A DNA stretch of 64,000 nt from Torpedo marmorata (taxonomy: Eukaryota). The stretch spans positions 165,664,001 through 165,728,000 of the forward strand of contig OZ360227.1 in assembly GCA_977017645.1 (NCBI GenBank), read 5' to 3'. Below the pieces are notes generated by a model. That model was not told where the DNA came from and did not search any database. It saw only the letters and a program-made list of their open reading frames with translations. Below are positions 25,901 through 37,900 of the stretch, in pieces (position 1 is the first letter of the stretch; every line of letters starts with the position of its first letter). The position numbers and the translations under genes are program-made.

Positions 25901-28900
25901 GCCTCCACATTGATGCAATCGCAAAGAAGGCTCGCCAGCGGCTATACTTTGTGAGGTGTCTGAGGAGATTCGGTATGTCACCAAAGACTCTTGTAAACTT
26001 CTGCAGGTGTACTGTGGAGAGCATTCTGGCTGGTCGCATCACTGCCTGGTATGGAGGCGCCAACTCTCAGGACAAGAATAAACTCCAGAGGGTTGTTAAC
26101 TGGCCTGTGACATCACAGGCACCAGACTTCACTCCATCGAGGACATCTACATGAGGTGGTGTCTTAAAAAAGCAGCCTCTATCCTCAAAGACCCCCACCA
26201 CCTAGGCCATGCCCTCTTCACTCTGCTACCATCGGGAAAAAGGTACAGGAGCCTAAAGACGAACACTCAACGGCACAAGGACAGCTTCTTCCCTGCTGCC
26301 ATCAGATTCCTGAATTATCAATGAACCAAAGATACTGACTTACTTTTCGTGCACTATTATTTATATATATTTTATAGTAATGTCGTAAGATGGTAATAAT
26401 ATGAATGTTTGCACTATGATGATGCTGCAAAACACCAAATTTCATGACAATAAATTCTGATTCTGATGTTAATCTTCACCTTTTGTAATAATTTGATCAT
26501 TTTTTGTTCCTGTATTTTAATAATTTATGATATATGGATATCTAAAAACACATTTCTTTTCAATAGCACTCAGGCTCTTTCTCTTATGACTTTATTTCTG
26601 GATGCAAAGTGAACGATCACTGCTATATGTGGATTGCGGAGGATCACGTGACCTCCCTGTCTGGAACTTAGGTGGAAGTCGCATCACCTGCCAATCAAGT
26701 TTGGACTCCGGCCATCCATTAGTGCACACCTTACCATTGGCTTATTGAAATGATGCAGTGTCATCATTGTCCAGACGCCCAGCTCAGACCAACATAAACT
26801 ATAACACATGCAACAGATCTCGCTCTTTGCTCTTGGTCCTGACTACGAACGCTGCTCTACGCCAGGTCGCTATTGTGGACATTGCTGGAGGAGTCGTTGT
26901 TAAGGTGTGCACTACTTAGAGCGGACTGTAGTATTTTTTGGCAGTAAGCATTGAGCCCCCCCACCCCGTTGGTACAGGGAATCGGGAGTGTGCGTTTAAG
27001 TCCCTGTCTTGTTAGTGTGTATTAGTAACGGAATATTACTTAACACTGATCCGCACCGAGGTACAAGTATTGGGAGTGTCTGCTGAAGTCCCTGTCTGTG
27101 AAGTGTGTACACGTGTGGGAGTGTGCGGTAGGGTAAGCAGCCACTGGTATCGAGGACCCTTGCGCCCGATGTGCCTGCTTACACCGTTATAGTTTTTGTC
27201 TCGTACCCCGTAGAAGATAGGCGGCCACTGGTATTGGAGTCCAACCTGGATCCGATGTGAATGCCTGTATAGCTATTAAGTAGTGAGAGTGATTAAGTAT
27301 TGCTTGACGTCTTCCCCTGTTTGATTCCCGTGTGTACAATAAAGTTACCTCTGATTGTGACACTTGTGTCCAGACTCATCTCTCTGTGAACCCACTGAAT
27401 CTGATACTATTCCCAACACAACAATCAAACACATCTTACAATTGGATGCTGTTAACTGCAATTATGTCCATCACCATCCTCATTCTTATGTTATCCCCTT
27501 CTCCTGTCTGGCTCATCTGTAAACCTGGGTATACAGCTCTTTATGAAGCTTTTATTAAATAATAATCTGGAAGTTATTTTGCAAATTAGCAAACTATTAA
27601 ATTTAATTTCAACATTTGCTCTGATTGAATTTAGATTACTAATCCAGTGAGATATCATATCCATTTAAATCAATATTTGGTAACCAACCTGAGCTCCTTC
27701 AGTTCCCCTCCCTTGCTCTCATAATTATCAAATGTCTCTTCAAAATGGCTTCCCATACTTACGTCACTGCACGCAATCTGATTCTGTTTTGCCAATATGA
27801 TGTCTGGCGTATCAGGCATGATGTGAATTTTGGTCTTGTCTGCTTCCCAAGCTTCAACATATGCACGCTGAAAAATATGTACAAGCAAGTTAGTATTCCA
27901 ATGGACCAGAACAAATTTACTGACAAAAATCTATATCTTTCAAACACCAAACAGAATATAATGATTCAACCTTATTCATTCTGTGGAAAAAAAAAATCAG
28001 ATTAAAATAGACTTGCCTTATTCATTGTAAGTGCATTATTCTTTGCCAGGGTCAGATCCATGGAGTCGGACAAGCTGGTGAACTTGAACATCGATGGGTG
28101 CTGACGGTAATTGTTCTCACTCAGAATCTCTCCAGCTTTTTTAACTTTGGCCACATCTAGCGATTCATGTGGAGACCATCCAATACCCTTTAGCCACTGA
28201 AGGTCCATTTTGTATTGATTCTAGAAGCAATGAAAAAAATCTTTGCAAATTACTCTATTTAAACCACCGAAGTTCATTCTAGCTGAGAATAAGCAAAATG
28301 ATTGAGATTTGAATGAAGGACAGAAAGTACGTTATTTTACGGCAGACCTTTTCTCAACAATTATTTATGCTTCCTTGCAATTGTGGACAGTGCCTCCTGC
28401 TTGAGGGGATTACCAGTTTCTAATCCATCAATTTGCTATTATCTTGTAGTGTCCTACCATTATAAATGGGGAGGACGCAAAGGAAGAATGTTTTATTAAA
28501 TGGATAAAATGGGGCGGCACAGTTAGCGTAGCGGTTACCGCAATGCTGTTACAGCGCCAGCGACCCGGGTTCGAATCCGGCGCTGTCTGTAAGGAGTTTG
28601 TACATTCTCTCCGGGTGCTCCAGTTTCCTCCAACCCTTCAAGAAACGTACGGGGGTTGTAGGTTAATTGGGTATAATTGGGGAGTACAGGCTTGTGGGCC
28701 GGAAGGGCCTGTTACTGTGCTGTATGTCTAAAAAAAAGAGATACGTCCTTGTCCAATGAATTCTATGGTAAAATCTAGCTCTTGCAACAGAGCACATCAG
28801 AGGAAAGATGTAAACATATGCATGAATAGCAGCAAGTAAACAGGTAAAGTAGTATCAAGTCAAAAGTATATTTTAAGCAGTGGTTCCATTGTATAAGCAT

Positions 28901-31900
28901 GGATCCCACAACCTCACTACTTTAGTGCTCCAAAGCAAATTGATTGGGCCAGAAGACCCAGACATGTAGTGACTGGAGCAAAGCTTTGTGAGCTTGCTCA
29001 GCTGTCAAAAGTGTAAAGCACTCCGCATGTTTCTGAATGTCCACGCAAAACTATTAAAACTTGACGAATATTCTTTTTAAATTTTTTTTATGTTACTGAA
29101 AAACAGAGAAACACTTCAATTAATTTGAAACAAGGCATAATTACCACTCTCACTCACAAACCTCACTCTCGATTCAAATAATGAATTCTTTGAATTTGAT
29201 CTTATTGAATTATTGTCGCAAGTACTGAGCTACAGTGAAAAGCTTTATTTAATATCCAGGCAAGTCAACCCATACTTAAGTGCAGAAGGTAGTAAAATAA
29301 TAAAACAAAAGTGCATGGTGCCGTGTTGCAGCAAATCAATGAGTGTAAGGTATAGTGTGACAAGGTATAATAAAATGTACAGTTGAAACTCTGCAATTAC
29401 ATCATCTTTTACCAATGAGAGATCCATTTAAAAGTCTGATAGCAGCAGAAATGAAACTATCCTTGTGTCTGGTGGTTCGTGTTTTCAAATTCAAGGTAAA
29501 TGTCACATATACCAAGATGCAGTGCTCAAGAGAAAGGAGAAGAAGGGAGTCTGTGGTGTGATGGGTCTTTTATTATGTTGGCAGCTTTCCCAAGACAGTA
29601 GGAGCTACAGAAGGAGTCGATGGAAGGGAGTTTAGTTTATGTGATGGCCGGAGCTGCATTCAGAACTCTCTGCAGCTTATTGCTGTCTTGGGTAGAGCAG
29701 TTTCCGTACCAGCTGTTATTCAAGATTCAAGAATCCTTTATTGTCATGTAATAGTGCAGAAAATGTAACATTACACGAAATTTCTTTCTGCCTGTGGTAT
29801 GGAGACAAAGAGTTACCATTAGTATTGCCCGGTGCCTCTTACTGTCAGAGAGAGAGAGTAAGAAAAGAGAGACCCTTCAGGGTCATTGAGTGTCCGTGGA
29901 TTCACCTCCAGCACTCCTGCAGCCTCTGCAACCACAAAGACTCCTGTTCGATCCATTGGTATCCCAAGCTTCAGTTCCAATGCTGCGACACGATCAAAAA
30001 GATTGCAGTGCCCGAGACCCTTCAGGAGTCCTTCCTGCCCTCAGCACCCTCACGAATCCCGGTTCTGTGAATGCCTCAACTGCAAGTCGCTGATCGCCTG
30101 CAGCCTGTGGATCCTTCAGTCGCTGAGCCCCTCTGCCATGATCACCATCCTGTCGGGTCATCTCCTCTGCTTCTCCTTCTCAATGGGGAGTTTTCTCCCA
30201 GTTACTGGTGCCCTACGCTGGTCCGCTGCTTCCCCAGAGACTGCAGGCCCTTGTGGTCGCTGCTGAGCATAGGCATTGCCATCTTGAGCACAGACCCCGA
30301 GGTTGCAGGTTCTTAATTAAAAACACTGTTGCCTACTTTAACAGGCTTTTTAAGGCCTGAACAGAGCTGCCATTATTAGGATTGGGCAGTTAGACCCTGC
30401 GGAGCAGTGCTGCCTCTCCACTCCCCGCTCTCCTGGGTCCACACCAGCGACAGCGCCACCGTTGCAGCTGCTCCAGCAGCGTCACCATTTTTAAAAATCC
30501 ATTGTTATACAACCAGTCTGGATATTTTCTGTGGTACATTTGTAAAAACTGGTAAGAGATCTTGGGGACATGTCAAAATAAATGGGGAACTGCCACATTT
30601 TCATGCATCATTGGAGCATAAAAGGACAACTGAAAAATTGTCCGCAGAAACCAGCCAGCAACTATGAAATCTCTGTGCACGTGAAACAGTCCTGAACTTC
30701 CTGATGCTGATTGCAGGCACTTTGGGACAGAAATCCCAGCATCTCAACTGTTGGCCTCTCCCAGCAAGTTCTATACCGATCCATCTACAACCTGAGCATT
30801 GCCTACATGTTGGAGTCAGCAGATTGTTCCTTGAGATTTTAAAATAGTGGCGTAGAAGAAATTGAATTGAAGTTATTTTTATTAATTTTCCATTTTAAAC
30901 CAAAGAAATACTTCAAAGCTCATTTTCAAATAAACTAAGTAAGGTTAGGGCTCAAATTTCAATAGAGATTTATGTAAAGAGATTAAGGCATATTAATGAT
31001 AAAAGTATCATAAGATACCTTAACCTGTTACATCAGTATGGTATCTCAATGCAAATGCAGGAAAAATAGTCACATTGGACTTGAAATACTCACATCGCTC
31101 TGCAGGTCATAGGCCTTCTTAGCATGAATCACATCATTCTGGTCTGGGAGACAGGTCCACTGGTGCAGGTGATGCCTGTAGTCAATGTCACTGACCAGGG
31201 TCTGGCATTTCTTGGCCAACAGGATGTCCAGCATGTCGACCGGCATGTTGAACTTGGTCTTGGTTTTCTCAAAGTCCTTCTTGTACTCCCTGTTGCTCTG
31301 CATCTTAGCTACGTGCATGGACCAGACCATTTTGGGATCATCCTGAATGCTGCGGCATCCAACGTGGTGGCCAAGCTGCTTGCGGTAGGCTGTTTTATAC
31401 TTGTACTACAGTATATAAAGATATCATGTTATTTGTAAATCTGAACATCTTAAAGATTAAAATAGGCAATAATTGCTTTATACATACATCACTCGCAATG
31501 TCCCTGGAAGCTTTTGCAGCCTTGATGGAAATTGCATCATTTCTCAGATCATATCCTTCCTTCTTTAATCCTTCATAACCCTTTCTGTATAATTTCTATG
31601 AAACAAATGGACAAACATTTTCAAAAAATATAATTCTAACTGCTTAGCAATTCCCAACGCAAACTTTTGGACCAATCAATGATATCATTCAATTGGAATT
31701 ATTTGCAAAATGCTGCACAGAAGATGCTGGGATTTATTCTGTAGCCATGTTAATTATGGACATTGCCCTTAAAAAACTTTGGACAAGTCTTTGATCACTT
31801 ATGCTAATATTTCCTTCTCCAAATTTGTATTCCTATATGCACTGTGCTTCAGATTGAAACATTTCTTGCTATCATCTGCTGACAATTTGTGAATTTGAAC

Positions 31901-34900
31901 AAAAAAATTTAATAATGTCAAAAAGTGGAGCTCAATCTATTTCCATGAATTGTCTGAAGATTTTCATTCTCCACAGTTGAAGACACATTCTTCTCTTTGG
32001 AAATAATTTATATTTAATTCACATTTGCTTTGATAATTTTGAAAGTAATAATAAATGATTGAAAATTGACCATATAGGTTACTTTCTAGTCATTCAAGGC
32101 ATGGATATCTCTCCCCCAGCCCAACAACCACTGAAACACTCCCACCCTTTATAGATCTCTCAGTCCCTTCATCCTACCTTTAGTGCCTGCACCTTCAATT
32201 GTCTTGGGTACATCACTGGCACACTCTCCCTAAATTTTTCTACCTTAAATCTCTTTTGTTAAACCGTGCATCTGTTTAGACACCTTTGCCAAAACTCACT
32301 TCTCAGTGCCAAAGTTTTGTCCGATTGCATACCCATGAAGCATCTTGGGACTATTTTATAATGTTAAATGTATAAAGGAGAATCACATCCATACATCAGC
32401 AGAACAGCTTAATAGACCACGACTGGGAAAAATAATTTACTGAAAGAATTTGTGCAGCAGAGAATTTAGTTAATGTTCCCCCCAAACCTAAGCAGAACAC
32501 AAATTTGGCTCTGAATGGGCACTTACCTCACTAATGTTTATTGCATTTGCTTTGGCCAGTTGTATTTCAGGAGAGTCAGGCATGATATGAATCTTTGTCT
32601 TGTCCTTCTCCCAGGCTTCTGTGTAAAGCCTCTGATATAAATTAAAAAAAGGAAATGAATGGATCAAAGTTTTGCTAACCATACATTAGGGATGGCCAGA
32701 AATGCCAGCCTGTTGAAGGGCCCAGGCCCAAAATGTTGTCACATTTTAAATCCTATGGATGCTGCTTGACCTGTTGAGTTTCTCCAGCCCATTTTTGAAT
32801 TGCATTCAACTCCAGCACCTTTAGACTTTCTTATTTAAATGATAGCCTACGACATTCTGTGAGTACATAAAACCTATACTGAACAGTTCCACCTCTCTGC
32901 AAGTGGTTTAACTGTAATGTTTCAAGACACAGCAATAACTTGTGTATTTTTTGATTGTATTTGAAAAATGAATAGTTTAAAGAAGAATTACATACAAGAG
33001 GAATACAAAAGCTGAGCAGCTGGTCCTACCGACTAACCCAATATCAACCTATGATTTCAAATATTATTGTGAATTCAGGAATAAGTTGCCTGGAATTTCT
33101 TTGGTAGTGAATTTACGGTAGTTGTCAAATATTACTTCTTCATTTAGTCCACTGCTATGCTGACATGTGTATTGCAAAAAAGAAAATTACTAAATTCAAT
33201 ATCCACACTCAATATGGCAGTTATACTACAGTAATATAAAGGTAAGTTACACTTCCAATAAAATACATCCATGCCATTCATGATGTCAAGTATATGTGAA
33301 GGTTCTCTTCACCTTAACTATGCCTTCACCTCCTGAAACCTACATGAGGGTTTAGCCTCAACCGCATTTTTATGGAGCTATTATAGATGCCAACTCTACT
33401 TCCAATTAGGAAGGTTAGAATCAGACCATAGTTTCCTCGAGGTTTGGTCAACTTTCAGAGCCTTTTATGGCCCAAGCAAAACACCTCATTATCCTTCAAA
33501 GATAAGCAAAAAAATACAGGCTGTTTTTAAAATGGCACCAAAGCTCCCTTTAATAACTGCTGATTAGCCATTTAGTGTCAGGACAAATTACATTTTACAA
33601 AATTGAAACCTTGCCTGTTGCAGGATCTGCTCTAAGATAACTATAGCTAAAGAGATAGTGTCTCCACTAAAAAAAGAACTTTTGATATTCCTATCAACAA
33701 GTAGCACTGGTGAACATTGATCTGGAGAGGGAACTGGGAATGCAGTGCTTGAATTGTAGCAACATCGCATGAAAGTACAGCAAATAGGTTACTATTTGCT
33801 TTGATGAAAGATATTGCTAACATAATTATTTTCACCCTAATGCCTGCTGTTTCTGAAACAGTGTCAGTTACACAAGGGAGCACACCAATGCTATTTAAGA
33901 ACTGGTGGAAAGGAATTTCATAAACTTAGAACTTCTTAAAACAGCACAAGGCAAATTAATAATGCAATTTTCACAATTGAAACATGATACAGTTGGATTT
34001 CTAAGATGGAATCCCAGGATAAGTCTGAAATAAGAACTTCATCCAGATTTGTTAATCATTACAATTCTTTACCCAGAATACTGGTTTGAGAATATTAGTA
34101 AGGCTGGGCTCGTTTTCCCTGGCATGACGGAGGCTGAGGGGTAATGTGATAGATTAATATAATATCGTATGAGATATAGATCGTCAGAATCTTTTTTCCC
34201 CCATAGTAGGAATATCAAAAACAAAAAGTCTACGATAAGGCAAAGGAGTTTTAAAGGGGATCTGAAGGAAGTGCTTTTTTTTTCCATGCAGAGTGATTGA
34301 TATCTGGAGCATATTGCCAGAGGAGGTGGTAGAATTGATACAACCACTTTGTTGAAGAGGCATTTAGACAGACACCTGAAAGGCAAGGCAGAGAAGATAC
34401 AGACATCATACAGGCAAAGCAGTCAGCATGAATGCAGTGGGCTGAGGAGCCCTTATCTGTGCTGTATGACCCTATGGCGCCCGTTAAGGTCAATTACTGG
34501 TAATGTTGAAGGCAAAGATAAATAAATTGGTTTCTGAGACAATTGCGGTATGGACAGCAAATTAGATGAGATGGACGATCAGTTAAAATCTGAGTGAATG
34601 GCTCAAAGTGGTGCTGTGACCTGATGGGAGGATGAATTTACCAAGAGCAGTGAAGGTGGAGTCTCTGAATAAATTCAAGGGTGAGATTGACATGAACCAT
34701 GAGAGGTGTGACCTTGAGGCCGAACTGGATCAAGCATAATCTGATGGAATGGCAGATGAGCCGATTGGCTACTCCAGCTCTTGTTTCTTACACTTTTATG
34801 TACTCTTACTTATATTTTGTACGTTCTCGGTTATTTAGCACAAAATTCTGAGGAAAAAAAATCAGATTAAAATAGACTTGCCTTATTTATTGTAAGTGCA

Positions 34901-37900
34901 TTATTCTTTGCCAGGGTCAGATCCATGGAGTCAGACAAGCTGGTGAACTTAAACATTGATGGGTGCTGACGGTAGTTGCTCTCACTTAAGATCTCACCAG
35001 CTTTTTTGACCTTGACCACATCGAGTGATTCGAGAGGAGACCATCCAATACCCTTTAGCCACTGAAGGTCTGCTTTGTACACAATCTGGAAGGCAATGAA
35101 AAATCATTTCACAACTGTGCAAAAGGACAGAGCTCTTAGATTTTCATCTTTGTCCAATTCTTCTGGAATAGGTGCCGACTAAAAATGACAGAACGCCCTT
35201 CCACCACTATTCGGGGAGTATAACTGAACCCCTCCACCCGATGTTGGTTCCACTGAGACATGACATGCTTCCTGCTGTGTGAGTGATGTGTGATTATAGG
35301 AGGCACTTGAACTAAGTCTGGCCTTCATTGAGTTTTCTGCTAACTGCTTTGGGTAAATACTGGACCCACCAGCAAAAGCAGAAGTAAAGGCCTTTGGCAG
35401 CCAAGATCAAGGAGACATTTAGGGTGTGCTGCTGTGCACAGGAGAAAACTCAAATATCATTTTTCTTGGGCAGAGTTCATGGCTGGACAGTGCATTCTTG
35501 TCCTCTGAAGATTAATCAATGTCAGAAAGTTATCAAATTCAAATATTATATCCAGAGGTTTTAAGAAGTTTGAAGGTTTATGGGGCAGGATTGTCTTTAA
35601 TCATGGAAATCCAGAATATGGGTCAAACCTATAATATTCCTCGAAAAATCTGTTGAGGTTGACTGAATTGAAAAGTTCAAAACAGGAATTGATGTTTTTG
35701 TTGTTTACAAGTCTGTTGATGTTAGTGGAACTAAAATATGTTGATGTTGTTAAAATATAGTTCAGCTTTGATCTAATTGTATGGCAAAGCAGTGAAACAG
35801 GGCTAAATGGTGTCCTCCTGTTCAGAATGTTCCTAACTCTAAGACAAGCTATCGAAACAAAATGGGGAATCCATCCTTTTTAAAGTTTTGAAAGCTTGCT
35901 AGATCAAAATCATGGAACTTGGCTTCAAAATGCATTGTGGCAAGCACCATTCTGTTTTTATTCCTCTGCTTGTGGCATTATGTAATGGCTTTATTGTTCA
36001 AGTGTATGATATCGTTGATATTATACTCACGTCACTCTGCAAATCATAGGCTTTTTGTGCATGTTTCACATCATTCTGGTCTGGGAGACATGTCCACTGG
36101 TGCAGGTGTCGCCTGTAGTCAATGTCACTAACCAGGGTCTGGCATTTCTTGGCCAACAAGATAGCCAGCATATCAACTGGCATGTTGAATTTGGTCTTGG
36201 TTTTCTCAAAGTTCTTCTTGTACTCCCTGTCACTCTGCATCTTGGCCAAGTGCATGGACCAGACCAGCTTAGGATCATCTTGAATGTTGCGGAAACCTAC
36301 ATAATTGCCGAGCTGCTTGCGGTAACCTGTTTTGTACTTATACTGCAAAAGAGAATATAAAGCAGGAATGTAATGTTGCGGCTTTAGTCAGACCACACTT
36401 GGAGTATTGTGGGCAGTTTTGGGCTCTTTACTGAGGAACAATGTGTTGGCATTGGAGAGGATCAAGAGGAGGGTCACTGGAATGATCCCCAGAATGAAAA
36501 AGTTATCATACGAGGAGTATTTGATGGCTCTGGAACTGTACTCACTGGACTCGCCTTTCGAATACTGAAAGGATTGGATAGAGTGGATGTGGAGAGGTTG
36601 TTTCCTGTGCTGGGGGAACCTGGGACCAGAGGGCACAGCCTCAGAATGCAAAAACGTCCCTTTGGAACAGAAGTGAGGAGGTGTTTGTTTACCCAGAGGG
36701 TGGTGAACCTGTGGAATTCATTGCTGCAGGTGGCTGTGGAGGCCAAGTCATTGGGTATATTAAAAACAGGTGGATAAGTTCTTGATTAGGAAGGGAATCA
36801 AGGATTACGGGAAGAAGGCAGGAGAATGGAGTTGAAAGGATAGTAAATCAGCCATGAAATGCCGGGACAAACTCGATGGGCCGAATTACACTCCTATGTC
36901 CAATGGTCTTATGTTCTAAAATTGTTCCAACCCCTCAGTGGTATTTCCCAAGGTACAATAAATGTCCAATTTCGGTCTTGATTACAGTTATGTTTCTCTT
37001 AAATAGGCACAGATGACATATATAAGTTAATTAGGGAAAATTTAACTTGTGGTCACTATGAAAGAGCCAATATATCAGAATGCTTTGAAGGGAAAGTGCT
37101 CATTGACCAAGATAATAAGTGGAGGGGAAAGGGTTGGGGAGGAAGGGAACAAAAGTGTGAACTCAAAGCCCAACCAAGAGAATATTTTTAAGGATGTTTT
37201 TGAAATTTGCTGCAGTAACATCAAAATGTAAAGATTTTGTAAAAGGACAGAATCTTAGTTGCTGAAAAAATGGAATTAAAGAGGGACACATTTAATTGGG
37301 ATTGATTCCACGTCAGCTGAGTGCCAGATGGATATTGTTGAAGAACACCAAGATTGAGAGGTTAACTGAATAAATTTGTTTCGGATAGAATTAAAGTACT
37401 GAGACTGATATTTGGAACTTGTAGTTCAAAAATTGTCATCACAAGGAATACATCTTGAGATAATACAAGAATATTGTACATAGTGGTAATTCATGAATAA
37501 CAGTGGTTTTGTTGTTATAAATTTTCTGGGCTTGTGTTAAGTGGCAGTCTTCAATAAGGTGAGAGGTGGGAGACGCAGAAGATAGCAACTTTGACCACAG
37601 AGCCAATGAAACAAAAAAAGACAAATTTCTTTAAGAAGCATAAATATAATTCTGCTCTCCTTTAATTTATACTTCCAATTGCTACCTGGGGATCATTGTT
37701 GGAAAGCTGGGAGGTGAAGGATATTTCATATCTCAAAGTTGCTGGGACTTGCAATTCAAATGCACTCGTTAAAAATATTGGACAAGGTGTCCTATTAAGT
37801 TAATAATAGTATGAATCAATCATAGAAGGGAAAGTCATTAAAAACTGTTGCCATACATCTGGTATCAATACTGAGATTCTTTATGTTTTTGTTTTTGTTT

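Noticed and set aside
28511-28590. tRNA genes here and at 23953, 48850 and 60766
   Set aside because: tRNA-derived SINE heads continuous with a V-domain and LINE-type tail
1571-36360. Recurrent antisense and alternative-frame ORFs over the A exons (e.g. [22 protein letters not shown])
   Set aside because: Shadows of the near-identical nebulin exons; they recur only because the exons do, and have no consistent starts or splice signals
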